A stretch of 64,000 bases of DNA, taken from a virus (taxonomy: Duplodnaviria; Caudoviricetes). Below the pieces are notes generated by a model that searched no databases, was not told where the DNA came from, and saw only the letters and a program-made list of their open reading frames with translations. Each line of letters begins with the position of its first letter. Within the stretch, counting starts at the first letter, position 1. The translations under genes were made by a program, and so were the position numbers. Positions 49,864 through 60,846 of the stretch are shown one piece after another. Where the stretch lies: IMG/VR virus record IMGVR_UViG_3300014205_000220, positions 4,867-68,866 of that record; one strand, written 5' to 3'.

Positions 49864-52128
49864 TTAAGCACTAAAGTCTTTAAGCGAAAGACCTTTGCCC
49901 TCAAAGAAATCTACTGTTGTTCTTTTTCGTGTTTGATATTGGCTTGCCATCTTCGCCAATCCACTTGCCACACCTAAATCGAATTTCTTACGTTTTTTAA
50001 GGTTAAAGTGAATCCATTCTGTAATAAGTTCGATAAACCATACATTACATTCATCCTCTACATTTACTCCGATGTTATCTACAATATAATCTTTTAGAAG
50101 TGATGCTTGGTCTTCGATAACAGGTTGGCTACTTGGAATACCGCCCCAAAGTTTCTCGTAGTCCTTTAAGTCTTTCCATTTTTTGTCCTGTCTTCGCATC
50201 GAATAACCTGTGTAACCTTTATCGTACATATATTCCAAAAGACGAGGTTTATTGCTTTCTATAAGTGCGTAGAATCCAAAGAAAACACAAGCCTTGATTA
50301 CATCGTCATAAAAGTCGTTACGTTTTTTAGGACGTTCTTTGTAAATGAGCATGAAAGAGTTTGATGGTGCGCCAACCATATTGAACTTTGTATAGCCTAC
50401 AATCGTACCGTCAGAGCCGTCATCAGTTGTGCCTACAATGTCATAACTATCCACTCCAAATGCGCCTATATGGTTGTTCATTGGTGCAACAATGGTTTTT
50501 CCGTGAAAGTTTATCTTATGGGATTTGTTCTGCAAATCCTTGTCGGGAATCCAAGTAGTCTTGAAACGTCCTTCGGGATTTGGTTTCCAAATAACCTTTG
50601 AATTAAATTCCTCGCCCTCCCAATCCAAATTACCAACGAATATCCTTTCGACCTTTTCCATAGGCGTAAGGTTATTAAGAAAGTCGTAGTGCGTATTAAG
50701 GTTGTCAATATCAAAATCATTGTTTACGCCACCTTCGTTTCTAAATGCGTGTTCGGGTGTACGTGGATGCTGTCTTAAAAAGTTGTTGTAATCTGATTTA
50801 TCGCCTTTCTTCATTTTTTCAGCAGTCATATTCCATACGGAGATACTGCCGAACTCAATCCAAGAACCTTCTTCGTTTTCAATTGGCTCTTTTGGGTCAA
50901 ATACAATAGGATAGCCCCATTTATCGAAATAACCAGCCGAAGTGTAACAATCATCGACAAAAAGAGAGATAAGACCTGTATTAGTCCTTCCCATTTCGTC
51001 ACGATTCTTTGCGCTTGCTTCCTCAAATTCGTACTGATAGGATTCTCCACCGTTGGCGAACGAACCTGCGGTACTACCAAACTTTCCTTTTCCGACAATC
51101 TGTGTCATCCCTTTGAAATGGCAATCCTTATGGTTTCCCCTAAACTCTGTAAAGGTGACGTTGGTATATTTTCCTACCTCGTCATTGATTGAATAGGTTG
51201 CTTTTGTACTATCATAGGCTACGTCTTTTGTAGGGTAGTATGATATTGTGGAAACCTCTTGTTGGTCGGTATCAAATGTTATTTCAAGGTTGTTCTTTGC
51301 CTTGTTGTTTGGATCATCCGTCAACTGTAAAAAGTATGTTGGATAATATTGGAATGGGTTTACTATTTTATTGGTGAACAACATCGATGCAAGCCTGTCT
51401 GTTTCACTGACTATCGGAATCTCCGCATACGTGACCTTTGTAAGTTTGTTGAGTGCTATTGAACACGCTTCCACCGTCCAAGCGACACGACGTGATTTTA
51501 ACCTTAACTCTCCCCAAGACTGACTGTCTGCACAAACGGCTTCCCAATGCCACCAAGTGTGCATAGCGGTAATCCTAAAGTTTGGGTAAATCTTGTCTTC
51601 CGTAAGGTAGTAGTAGTTGAGGAACATATAGTTTTCCCCTGTGATATAGCATATTTGGTTGTCAATCTTCACAAAAAGACCGTTCTTTCTTCTGTACTGT
51701 TCTTGCTCTATGAACTTGTGGTGTTTTTTTTCAAGCACATCCCTATCGAGAACGTATTTCTTTTTAACATCGTTACGTTTAAGACCTTTCACCTTACGCA
51801 TCTGACGTTTGAACTCGACTTCAAGGTTTATAAAATCTCTTGGTATCTCGGTGCGTTGCCATACGGAATCATCGTCTGACTTATCGATGTTGAGTATTTC
51901 TTTGCCTTCTGAACTTGGAAGACCAATCTTTAAATCGCCTACTTGCCAAATCTCTCCAAGAGTGCCGTCGGTAGAAATACATATAAAGTTTGGGTCGTAT
52001 TCCGGATAACGTCTGTACGCCCATTTTTTAGAATCGTTCTTTTTTTTGTAGTCGTCTTTTGGCATTAATGAAAACGGACTTATTTCGGTTGCAATGATGC
52101 CACGGTAACTTCTATCTCTTTCTTCCAT
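49864..52128 (-). CDS. terL: Terminase large subunit
   Basis: LKSRR motif, Walker B-like INDEVGK, GSTAGS, HPRTPEHAF, nuclease GAFGVDSYD, LIESNK. Confidence 0.9.
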   Translation of the reverse strand: MEERDRSYRGIIATEISPFSLMPKDDYKKKNDSKKWAYRRYPEYDPNFICISTDGTLGEIWQVGDLKIGLPSSEGKEILNIDKSDDDSVWQRTEIPRDFINLEVEFKRQMRKVKGLKRNDVKKKYVLDRDVLEKKHHKFIEQEQYRRKNGLFVKIDNQICYITGENYMFLNYYYLTEDKIYPNFRITAMHTWWHWEAVCADSQSWGELRLKSRRVAWTVEACSIALNKLTKVTYAEIPIVSETDRLASMLFTNKIVNPFQYYPTYFLQLTDDPNNKAKNNLEITFDTDQQEVSTISYYPTKDVAYDSTKATYSINDEVGKYTNVTFTEFRGNHKDCHFKGMTQIVGKGKFGSTAGSFANGGESYQYEFEEASAKNRDEMGRTNTGLISLFVDDCYTSAGYFDKWGYPIVFDPKEPIENEEGSWIEFGSISVWNMTAEKMKKGDKSDYNNFLRQHPRTPEHAFRNEGGVNNDFDIDNLNTHYDFLNNLTPMEKVERIFVGNLDWEGEEFNSKVIWKPNPEGRFKTTWIPDKDLQNKSHKINFHGKTIVAPMNNHIGAFGVDSYDIVGTTDDGSDGTIVGYTKFNMVGAPSNSFMLIYKERPKKRNDFYDDVIKACVFFGFYALIESNKPRLLEYMYDKGYTGYSMRRQDKKWKDLKDYEKLWGGIPSSQPVIEDQASLLKDYIVDNIGVNVEDECNVWFIELITEWIHFNLKKRKKFDLGVASGLAKMASQYQTRKRTTVDFFEGKGLSLKDFSA

Positions 52129-52412
52129 TATTGCAAGTGTTTGTTTCTATCTGGCGTGTTATCCCTTTTCTCTTTCTTGGCGTTTGGATTGTTGATTTCT
52201 TCAAGTTCTTTGTTGATTTCCTTGATTTCGTCAATCAGTTTACGTGATATTTCCTGTGCCTTACCTTTTCCCTCTGCGACAATCTTCCATTTATCCTCGT
52301 TTATATCTTCAAGTTCAATGGGCGTTATGAGAATGTCGAGCATCTGTTCGTGCGCTATATGCAGGCTGTTTAGCTTCTTTGTAAGAAGTTCTTTTGTTGT
52401 AAGCATATCCAT
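52128..52412 (-). CDS. Putative terminase small subunit
   Basis: Small helical protein coupled to TerL. Confidence 0.45.
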   Translation of the reverse strand: MDMLTTKELLTKKLNSLHIAHEQMLDILITPIELEDINEDKWKIVAEGKGKAQEISRKLIDEIKEINKELEEINNPNAKKEKRDNTPDRNKHLQ

Positions 52413-52424
52413 TACTTATTGTTT

Positions 52425-55400
52425 TTATTTTTCTTTAATCGGTATTTTACTACTATTAAATATAGGTAAATTGTTTGTTGGTGTATTGCTTGGGTTGTAT
52501 ATTGGTAAATCGTTAGGGTCTATTGCTTCTGATGTACTACCTGATGATTTTTTAGACCCATATACCGAACTGTTTATACCAAAGAACGAAAGTGCTTCCA
52601 AGTATCTTACCACTAAATTAGGGTCTTCTCCCTCAATCTCTATAATAGAGTTGATATACATTGGATAAAGGTTTTCTTTCATCGTTTCCATAATAGGTTG
52701 ACCATATCTAACTCTCATTTCCTCTCCATTGACAGTTTTAACTTCGCTATCCAAATATCTATATACAATCCCCATAGATGGACTAAATTTGTTCTCTACG
52801 TAAGTCCTCATGAGATTATCCCATTGCGTATCTGCATTATATCCTTTGCCGATTCTTTCTATTTTGCCCTTGCTATTTTTGGTGTTGCCGTCAAAAAGTT
52901 TAGCCAAAAACACAACTTGTGGTTTCATTCCGTGCCAAGGGTCAAATCTAACATCGTTATTTTTTCCTTTAATCTTCATTTGCATAAAATCACTACTTCT
53001 TGGGTCGGTTTCTATTTTTATGATAGGCTCGTCATCATCATCACTTCCTGCAAAGGCTTGTAATAAAAGCATTGATGCAGTTGTAGTCGATACAAATGTA
53101 AGCATATCTCTGACTGCTATTTTTTGTGCAACTGATGGTTTATAAATAGGGTCGTTTGGCGAATGTTGCATAACGTACCAAACAGGATTCAGTTGATTGA
53201 AAACCGAAACCGTATTTTTGAAAGAGAAAAATATTGTATTAAGAATATCGTTTATGCTTTCTAAATTAGTTGCTTTATCTCCAATCTTCCAATTAAGTTC
53301 CGCCCTACCGGTTAAAGTGTTTATTGCTCTCGCAAGTTTTCTGTAATCTTCTGGATTGTCGTTTTCATTTTTACCTTCCATTTCTATCATTTTCATTCCG
53401 TCCAAGTATCTCATACTACGGATTTCATTCATATAGATAGTGTTTCCACGCTCAAATGCGAGTAAAGGATTCATATTTTTGAAGCGTTCTGAAATTGGAA
53501 GTTTTTCTTTTTTAATATCGCTCTTGATAACTGATAATAGAGTACTTCCAACAGATGCCACATCTTTAACTCCAAATACTTTTACAGAACCATATTCAAG
53601 TCCTTTGCCTATCATATTCCAAAGACCATAGACCAAATTGTTGCCTATAAATTCTTCTTCACGAAGTTCCATTTTATAATCCGCTTCTGTAAGACCCAAT
53701 TTGAATTTCTTCATAGTATCGTAATACGGATTGGTCTTTAGCCTTGAAGTGTATTCGTCTGATTTCCTTTGACTGCCAACTGCTAAAAATGCCTTTCCAA
53801 ATGTTCTTGCAAGTGCTTTTGGATTTCTTGTAAGCAAACTTATTGTTTGAACTCCACCTTGAATAAGCACCATAGACATTTCTCCACCTGCCATAAGTAT
53901 TCTTGGGATATTCAATATTCCAATGGCTAAATCCTTGAATTTTTGAGCATTTGTTCTGTTTTTAAGTTCTAACTGATAGCTTTCCTTGTCATAAACTTCT
54001 TGCCATTTTATTTTTTCAGCAATCAAATCCCTTAACTCGTTGTCTTCTTTTATAGGGTTTCTTTCGGGTTTTGAAAAATCTTTTTCCCTTAAACGTCTTT
54101 TATATTCCTCAATCTGTTTGTTGACACGTTTTTTAGCACTTTCGATACGTCTTTTTTCTACGATACCTGCGTCCTTACGAAGTTTAAGCAATTCGTCCGA
54201 CAATGCTTTTTTAGCCTGTTTAAGTTGCTCTATTTTAGCGTTTGTGATTGTATTTTGTGTTTCACGGTATTCAAGATTCCCATCTGCAATCTGATCTGTT
54301 AGTTTTGTTATTGCGTTTTCGAGTGCTGTAACAGTCCTGTTTATTTTTTGTTGGTCTGTAAGTTCTTTTTTACCCACAAGATTGTCCAATTCTTCATTGA
54401 GCGTTTCAAGTTGTTGCTTTAATGCAATTGTTTCAGCGTCAAGTTTTGTAGGTTTTTTTTGTAATGTAGTCCGCTGTTTACTGTCAATCTGTTTTTGTAC
54501 GTCCTCAATACGGTTTTTAATACGTGACTTGATTTTATCAAGAGCGTTTCTCCATGCAACATCTAAATCAGCATCGTCAACAGGCAAATCTTTCATTTTG
54601 TCTTCAATCAATGATTTGAGTTCACGCTCTGTCTGTGTCGGTTTACGTCTTTGTAATCCACTTTTTTTAGGTCTATCGCCACCTATAACATCTTCAAGTG
54701 CAGAAAGCAACCTACCTACACCTTTCATTTCAGCAATCTTCGCTTTAAGTTGGTCTTGGGTTGGATTTATGGTCTTTCCGTATTTAGTGATTGCATCCCT
54801 AACTTCACGGATTGTAAGCCTTGTATTTGGGTCGTCTTGTTTTATTATTTCAAGTATGGCACTTGAAAGTTCGTCAATATCTTCGATGCCGTTGGCTACT
54901 AACTCATTTATTAGGCTTTGTGGAATCTGAATCTTTCCATCGTATGATAATGTGACTACGTTGTTTGCCGATGAATCAACTATGCTGTTGTTGAAAGCGT
55001 TAATAGCTTCGTCTTGGTCTGATTTTGAAAGTGATTTATACCAGTCACTTTTTTTAATGTAAGCTACGCCTTGTTTTATGGCATCTGCTATTGTGCCACC
55101 TGCTTCGATTGATTTTGCTGTTAGTTCGACTGCACCATCCCATACCAAAGTTGCAGGTGTAGCTGATGAAAATATATTCGGTCTGTGTATTTTAGCCTTT
55201 CTTACGTTATCTGCTATCTTTTTAGCTTGTGACCTTGCTGTTCTGCTTGGTTTTTTAGGATTTGGATTACGTGTATTGGCTTGTTTTATATTCTGAATCG
55301 CTTGGTTGCCTTGCTTTTTAAGATTTTCTTCTTCAAGTGCTTTTATCTTGGTTTCAAGTTCTTTTATCTTTTTATCGGCTTCCTTAAACTTGGTAAGTGT

Positions 55401-58400
55401 TTCTTCATCAATTACACCGTTGTTTTTAGCTTTGTAATCAGCGACTTGTTTGGTAAGTGAGTATTGTGTATCAGAAGTTAGAAATACCCTGTTTAAAGCC
55501 CCTATAAATCGACCTGCATTCCTAACCTCGTCTTCAAAAGCGACTAGTGCTTTGTCTAAAGTTGTACTATAATCATTTTGTACTTTTCCTATTTGTTCAA
55601 TAGAAGCCCCTTCTGACGCTTGTTTTAATCTGTCAAGGATTTCTGCATAAACAAAAGTTCTTTCAGCGCCTTTTATAAGATTATCGTCCAATGCTTTCAA
55701 GGCATTATCAATCCCTACTTTTTGAACAAACTTACGTGCTGCATCTTGTGCTTTCTCTTGGTTTTCTATTTTGTAGTTTAGACCGTTTGCTTCAATTACA
55801 TCAAGAATATCTTCGTTTGTTTCTCCTTCATAAATTCTTGCAAAAAGTGATTTTACACCTTGTTTTCTTTGAAAATCATTAGGTGCATTTTTCGGTTGTT
55901 TAGGATTCATCCTTTCCTTAACCTTATCAATATCCACATCAAAGTCAAACTTCTGTTTAAGAGCGTCCACTACTTGTTTTATAGCGGTATCAATGTCTAT
56001 GGTTGCGCTTACAAGGCTTTTAGCGGAAGATGCTATAAGGTTTATAAGTTGGTCTTGCGTGATACCGTTGGCGTTAATATCATCGGTATTGAATTTAGCT
56101 GACGGCAATGATGCTTTTAACCAATCGGCTATTTCATCAATCTTGGCATTGGCTATTTTTTTGCGCTCTTGTTTTGATTGCGTAGTATCAGTAACATTCT
56201 TTTTGCCTTTTCTTCTTTCGGCAGGTTTTTTAGCCACTTCTGAATCTGTTGCTTGGTTTCCATATATTTCTGTTTGAGTTTCTGTACTCTGTTTGTTGAA
56301 CCATTCTTCATATTGATTAGACAAAGCGTCCGTTTCGGTATTCAGTCTTTCAAGTTCTTGTTCGTTAAGTTCGGTGTCATAGTCGATACGCTCTGCTAAA
56401 GGTACTGAAAGTCTTTCTATTTGTTTTCCACTTCCTTGAATATATTCGTAGTTGCCACGCTCTTTAGCCTGTCTTAATGCTTCTACAAGACGTTTGGCAG
56501 GTACTGTATTGTTATTGCCTTTAAGTAAATCTGCTTCGCCCTTGACAATATCAGCCCTTGTCATTTCCAAGTCTATTCTTGGTGACGATGGGTCGTTATT
56601 CCATAATAGAACGCCTCTGTCAATTTCTTGAAGTGCGTAGTCTATGTCAGATGGTTTTGATGGTGGCAACTGTTCTTTAAAAGCTATTTTACCTACGCTT
56701 TTACCTAAATCATTTGTTACGGTAAGTTTGTTGGATGATTCAGAAACTTTGAAACCCAAATCTTTTGCAAGTTCGGTAACGTTACGCTTTAGCTCTCTAC
56801 CTTTTTGGCTTCGTTTTCGGGAATCGGAAAGTCGGTTGTACTCGTTACGCCTATCGACCAATGCGTTCTGTTTCTTTTGGTCTTTGGTCAGTTCTTGGGT
56901 TTCAACAACATCTGTTTCTTGTGCTGTTTGTCCTTCTGGTTCTGAAATGGTTTGCGGTTGTTGATTAGTGTTTTCTTCAATGGTTGTAGTATTATTTGGT
57001 GTATTTTCTAAAACCTCGCTGACCATTTGTGGTTTGATACTGCCTTGCTGTACCAAAAATTCGGCTTCGGTCATTTTATTACCGTCCTTGTCTATACGGC
57101 TACCGTTCTCTCTTGCTCTTGGTTGGTTAAAATCGAATTTTGATGGGTTGTTCAATGCTTTAACCAATCTTTCCTTGAACGTGTTTACAAAATCGGATTT
57201 AAGCACGCTTTCTTCCACTCCCTGTTCTTCGAGATAGTCAAGATAGCTTTGGGTGTGTTGTTCTGCAATAGCGTCAATCTGTTGGTCTTTTTGGGTTTTA
57301 TCTTCTGTTGTTATTGTGGAAGCAAGTCTTCCAATGGCTTCTCCCTCGCTTTCAAGTGGGTCGAAGTCTGTATTATTAACAACACCTTCTTTTTTTGATT
57401 GGTCTGCTTCTACAAAATCATCTTTAGGTATTCCAAGTTCATCTAAAATCTGTGCCTTTTTGGTATTTTGGTCTTCTTTCCCTACAAGTTTTATTTTGTT
57501 TGCAGGTATGCCCAATTTATCTGCAATGAATTGTCTGTTTTGAGGCGTATCTTCTCTTGCCGATATGATTGTTACATCCTCGCCATTGGCTACTTTAGAT
57601 TGGACTTCTTTACCTAAATCGGTCAACTGTTGTGATTTGTTGTCGAACAATGTATCATCAAAGTCGTATGCTGACTTTGTATTTGTAGGATTCAACTCTA
57701 CCGTAGGTGAAAGAGTGTCTTCTACTCCTTGGTTTGTTGGTGTTTCTGCAATCGATTTAAGTTGATTGTTTAGTTCTTCAATCTTTGCTTTTTTGGCAAC
57801 TACAAGTGATGGGTCTTTGCCTGATATTTCTTGTTCAAGTTTAGTCCTTTCCTTTAGAATATCTACCGCTTGCGATTTTTGTTCTACGCTCAAATCTTCT
57901 GGAACTGCTCTTAATTGGTTTTGAATTTCCTCAAAATTATCGTATGTGGTTTTAGCTTCCTCTTTTGAAATGCTACCTTCTATAACTTGTTGTGCTAATT
58001 CTATTTTTACTTGTTTTGAGTCAAGTTTTGAATCGTTCAGTATCTGAACCGCATCTTTAGTACTATTGTCGCTTGTAGCTTTCTTTATGCCCTCTAACGC
58101 AATACCAAATCCACCACCGCTTCCAACTCCTATAAGAAACGCATCGGCAACACCTTCCATTATGTTTAAATCGGGTGCTTCTCCTGAATGTATGCTAATA
58201 GCATTTTGTGTTATCTGTGTCGCTGCTTCTTCGATACCTTCACCTACCATTGCTGTTGGAATAGAGTATTTCTTCAATAGTGATTTGTAGGTTTCTATCA
58301 GTCCGTTCTTAAATATAACAGAACCTTCCTTAACACCTTCTTTCTTTAAAATCTCTTTTCCTGCTACACCGATTGTTCCTGTGCCTATTGTAGAGAAAAC

Positions 58401-59360
58401 ACCTTCTGAAAACCCTGTGCCAAGCGCATTTATGGTTTGCATACTATTGGATAGACCGCTATCTGATTCTTTCAGGTCTTCATTCTTTCCTGCTCCAAAA
58501 GTTCCTGTCGTCGCTACTAATAACGACGGTGTAGATAAAGCACCACCACTTAACGCTATCGATAAAGTAGTTGGCAATGATTCCGCAATACTGCTTGTGA
58601 GGATTCTGAAACTATCTACATAATTTCCTTGTTGAATATTATCGACTATACCACCTGTGTACTTTTTATCAAAAATTTCTTTTTCGGCAGTAGTCTGTTT
58701 TACTTTTTCGGCATAAAAGTCTTTGACTGGATTTTTTATGGAAAGGTTTTCTTTAAAGGATTCTGAATCTGCGCTTAACCCACCGATGCCAAAAGTTTCA
58801 GCGACTACGTTTTGAGGGATTGCAAATACATCATATATAAATTCAGGGATTGCAGCAATATCCCTTCCCATTCTTTCAGAACCTCTTTTTATACTTCTGT
58901 AAAGTTCGTTTCCAAAGCCGTCCGATTTATCTTCTGGCTTGAATTTATTTGGTTTTTCAGTCAATACAGCACCATCCTTTACGAGTTGACCCTTTGCAAG
59001 ATTAGTGTCTGTCGTTACACCTGACTGTGATGGCGAGAGTATTGTTCCGAGTTTTGAGGATGCACTACTTTTCTGTCCAGCCTGCGATATAACCGACGAA
59101 GAATCCGTAGTACTCGCTTGCGATACCAACTCTTGATTTGTTGAAGTGGATTTGACATTTTCTTGGCTTTTTTTTTTAATGCCTATTAATGATGAAAAAC
59201 TGTTTAAGTCGCCATTATAACCTGTGTCAACGAATAGTTTGTGAGCGTCGTTTAAGGCATCGGGATTTGTGGAAACAAGAGTTTTATAGGATTCAATAGT
59301 TCCTTTGTAGCCTGTGTCCTTGAATAGCTTATATGAATCGATTAACGCTTCGTCTTCCAT
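52425..59360 (-). CDS. Giant internal virion / DNA ejection (polyvalent-type) protein, 2311 aa
   Basis: Third and largest of three consecutive ejection-type genes; Gly/Ala-rich membrane-like segment, coiled coils, embedded HAD motif, C-terminal DPRSSDF region. Confidence 0.75.
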   Translation of the reverse strand: MEDEALIDSYKLFKDTGYKGTIESYKTLVSTNPDALNDAHKLFVDTGYNGDLNSFSSLIGIKKKSQENVKSTSTNQELVSQASTTDSSSVISQAGQKSSASSKLGTILSPSQSGVTTDTNLAKGQLVKDGAVLTEKPNKFKPEDKSDGFGNELYRSIKRGSERMGRDIAAIPEFIYDVFAIPQNVVAETFGIGGLSADSESFKENLSIKNPVKDFYAEKVKQTTAEKEIFDKKYTGGIVDNIQQGNYVDSFRILTSSIAESLPTTLSIALSGGALSTPSLLVATTGTFGAGKNEDLKESDSGLSNSMQTINALGTGFSEGVFSTIGTGTIGVAGKEILKKEGVKEGSVIFKNGLIETYKSLLKKYSIPTAMVGEGIEEAATQITQNAISIHSGEAPDLNIMEGVADAFLIGVGSGGGFGIALEGIKKATSDNSTKDAVQILNDSKLDSKQVKIELAQQVIEGSISKEEAKTTYDNFEEIQNQLRAVPEDLSVEQKSQAVDILKERTKLEQEISGKDPSLVVAKKAKIEELNNQLKSIAETPTNQGVEDTLSPTVELNPTNTKSAYDFDDTLFDNKSQQLTDLGKEVQSKVANGEDVTIISAREDTPQNRQFIADKLGIPANKIKLVGKEDQNTKKAQILDELGIPKDDFVEADQSKKEGVVNNTDFDPLESEGEAIGRLASTITTEDKTQKDQQIDAIAEQHTQSYLDYLEEQGVEESVLKSDFVNTFKERLVKALNNPSKFDFNQPRARENGSRIDKDGNKMTEAEFLVQQGSIKPQMVSEVLENTPNNTTTIEENTNQQPQTISEPEGQTAQETDVVETQELTKDQKKQNALVDRRNEYNRLSDSRKRSQKGRELKRNVTELAKDLGFKVSESSNKLTVTNDLGKSVGKIAFKEQLPPSKPSDIDYALQEIDRGVLLWNNDPSSPRIDLEMTRADIVKGEADLLKGNNNTVPAKRLVEALRQAKERGNYEYIQGSGKQIERLSVPLAERIDYDTELNEQELERLNTETDALSNQYEEWFNKQSTETQTEIYGNQATDSEVAKKPAERRKGKKNVTDTTQSKQERKKIANAKIDEIADWLKASLPSAKFNTDDINANGITQDQLINLIASSAKSLVSATIDIDTAIKQVVDALKQKFDFDVDIDKVKERMNPKQPKNAPNDFQRKQGVKSLFARIYEGETNEDILDVIEANGLNYKIENQEKAQDAARKFVQKVGIDNALKALDDNLIKGAERTFVYAEILDRLKQASEGASIEQIGKVQNDYSTTLDKALVAFEDEVRNAGRFIGALNRVFLTSDTQYSLTKQVADYKAKNNGVIDEETLTKFKEADKKIKELETKIKALEEENLKKQGNQAIQNIKQANTRNPNPKKPSRTARSQAKKIADNVRKAKIHRPNIFSSATPATLVWDGAVELTAKSIEAGGTIADAIKQGVAYIKKSDWYKSLSKSDQDEAINAFNNSIVDSSANNVVTLSYDGKIQIPQSLINELVANGIEDIDELSSAILEIIKQDDPNTRLTIREVRDAITKYGKTINPTQDQLKAKIAEMKGVGRLLSALEDVIGGDRPKKSGLQRRKPTQTERELKSLIEDKMKDLPVDDADLDVAWRNALDKIKSRIKNRIEDVQKQIDSKQRTTLQKKPTKLDAETIALKQQLETLNEELDNLVGKKELTDQQKINRTVTALENAITKLTDQIADGNLEYRETQNTITNAKIEQLKQAKKALSDELLKLRKDAGIVEKRRIESAKKRVNKQIEEYKRRLREKDFSKPERNPIKEDNELRDLIAEKIKWQEVYDKESYQLELKNRTNAQKFKDLAIGILNIPRILMAGGEMSMVLIQGGVQTISLLTRNPKALARTFGKAFLAVGSQRKSDEYTSRLKTNPYYDTMKKFKLGLTEADYKMELREEEFIGNNLVYGLWNMIGKGLEYGSVKVFGVKDVASVGSTLLSVIKSDIKKEKLPISERFKNMNPLLAFERGNTIYMNEIRSMRYLDGMKMIEMEGKNENDNPEDYRKLARAINTLTGRAELNWKIGDKATNLESINDILNTIFFSFKNTVSVFNQLNPVWYVMQHSPNDPIYKPSVAQKIAVRDMLTFVSTTTASMLLLQAFAGSDDDDEPIIKIETDPRSSDFMQMKIKGKNNDVRFDPWHGMKPQVVFLAKLFDGNTKNSKGKIERIGKGYNADTQWDNLMRTYVENKFSPSMGIVYRYLDSEVKTVNGEEMRVRYGQPIMETMKENLYPMYINSIIEIEGEDPNLVVRYLEALSFFGINSSVYGSKKSSGSTSEAIDPNDLPIYNPSNTPTNNLPIFNSSKIPIKEK

Positions 59361-59363
59361 TTG

Positions 59364-60842
59364 TTAGTTGTTGTATTTAGAGCCTACTCCTTTAGTTGTT
59401 GGTGTATTTGTTTTCGGTGTTAAAGGTGCTTTTTCTCTTGCATCATCTTTCCATTCATTAAGGTCTTTGTAGAAGTCTTTGGTTTTAGGATTCCAAACAC
59501 CTCTTATCATATTCCCTAAAATTACATCGTCATCTACTATTGTTGTTTGTAATGTAGTTTCTTTTTCATCTTGTTTTGGAACTTTCGTATCTACTCCATT
59601 GATTTTTTTGATTTCATAAACCTGATTCCCTTTAGAATCTAAAACAGGCGATATGGTGGTTTGTTTTACTTCTACAACACCTTCTACATTTCCATCAGCA
59701 CGTAGAATAGGATTTTTAAGGAAGCCTGTCTGATTTTCTTTTCCGTTCCAATTGGTAGCCCCTATTTTAGCGTCTATTGGTAGTGTAAACACCACATCAT
59801 CATCTCCTAAAGGTTGAAGTTTTCCGTCTATAAATATTTCACTTGCTTTAGCCTTACCTTCTTTAGTAGCAACTTCCGTAGTAGGTTTTTCTTTCTTGTT
59901 GTCTCTTTTTGCTTTATCTAAATTTTCAGCTTTTATAGCGTTGTTAAGACCATCGGTAGATTTCTCTAACTGTATAAAATCTTTAGTCCACTTATTAGTA
60001 AGAATATCCATTGTACCCGGGTTTTCCCTGATTCTTTCAGCAGTCCAAGCAAGTCCTGTTTCTTCATCAATATATTTATTCTCTCCCGCCCAAGTTCTTA
60101 AATTCACATCGTTGTCGAAGTAGGATTTGACCATTTCTTTAATCTTGGTTTCTTCTGTTTCGCCCGGTCTTATCTCTCCATTGTTTTTAGCGGTGTCGAT
60201 AGCTGTTTTTAGAGTATTTGCATCTTTTACCCAATCAGGATAACCGCTATAAGGTATTTTTGCAAGTTTATTGGTCTGAAATTCAGATGGAGATTCAAAT
60301 ACTAATTTGCCGTCTTTATCATAAGTGCCTATGTCTTGGTTTTTAATTACATAATCCCAATCAGCATATTGACTTAATTCTTCTAATTTATCGGGGTCTG
60401 TGTATTTGTTTCTTTTATCGGCTTGCTCTGCGTAATACTTCGCTGTATCGATTACATTCTGTTTTGTCTCGTTAAGATTCTTCTGTTTTTGGAATATAAT
60501 GTTGGCTTTAGTTAGATAAACGTTATCTTTTGTTTCCTCATACAATCTTTTATATTCGGCATATTTGCCCGAAACATTTTCATCGTAATCAGTCAATACT
60601 TGGTCTTGAAACCAAAGAGTGGCATCAGGTGCAGTTAGTTTTTGAAATTCATCACCTCTTGCTTTCTTTTCGTCGGCTATTGCTTTATTTTTAAGAGCAT
60701 CTTGCTTTGCTTTTTCAGCATCTTGGTCGTCTTTGTATTTTCTCCACCAACGGTTTCTTTCTTCTAATAAAAGACCTACGTTATCGTTCTCTAAAGGACG
60801 AAGCTGTTGGTATGCTAATGCGTTTGTATTCTGTTCAGCCAT
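59364..60842 (-). CDS. Internal virion / ejection protein
   Basis: 492 aa, charged and helical, between the small and giant ejection-type genes. Confidence 0.6.
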   Translation of the reverse strand: MAEQNTNALAYQQLRPLENDNVGLLLEERNRWWRKYKDDQDAEKAKQDALKNKAIADEKKARGDEFQKLTAPDATLWFQDQVLTDYDENVSGKYAEYKRLYEETKDNVYLTKANIIFQKQKNLNETKQNVIDTAKYYAEQADKRNKYTDPDKLEELSQYADWDYVIKNQDIGTYDKDGKLVFESPSEFQTNKLAKIPYSGYPDWVKDANTLKTAIDTAKNNGEIRPGETEETKIKEMVKSYFDNDVNLRTWAGENKYIDEETGLAWTAERIRENPGTMDILTNKWTKDFIQLEKSTDGLNNAIKAENLDKAKRDNKKEKPTTEVATKEGKAKASEIFIDGKLQPLGDDDVVFTLPIDAKIGATNWNGKENQTGFLKNPILRADGNVEGVVEVKQTTISPVLDSKGNQVYEIKKINGVDTKVPKQDEKETTLQTTIVDDDVILGNMIRGVWNPKTKDFYKDLNEWKDDAREKAPLTPKTNTPTTKGVGSKYNN

Positions 60843-60846
60843 TGAA

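Noticed and set aside
47408-52128. Introns or inteins in portal or TerL
   Set aside because: Both are single uninterrupted frames of expected size with no intein splice motifs.
55920-55960. DFDVDID in the giant protein (and DFDID in TerL) as a crAss-type RNA polymerase catalytic motif
   Set aside because: It lies in a helical, charged linker with no surrounding double-psi barrel motifs. The TerL occurrence is inside a clear terminase.
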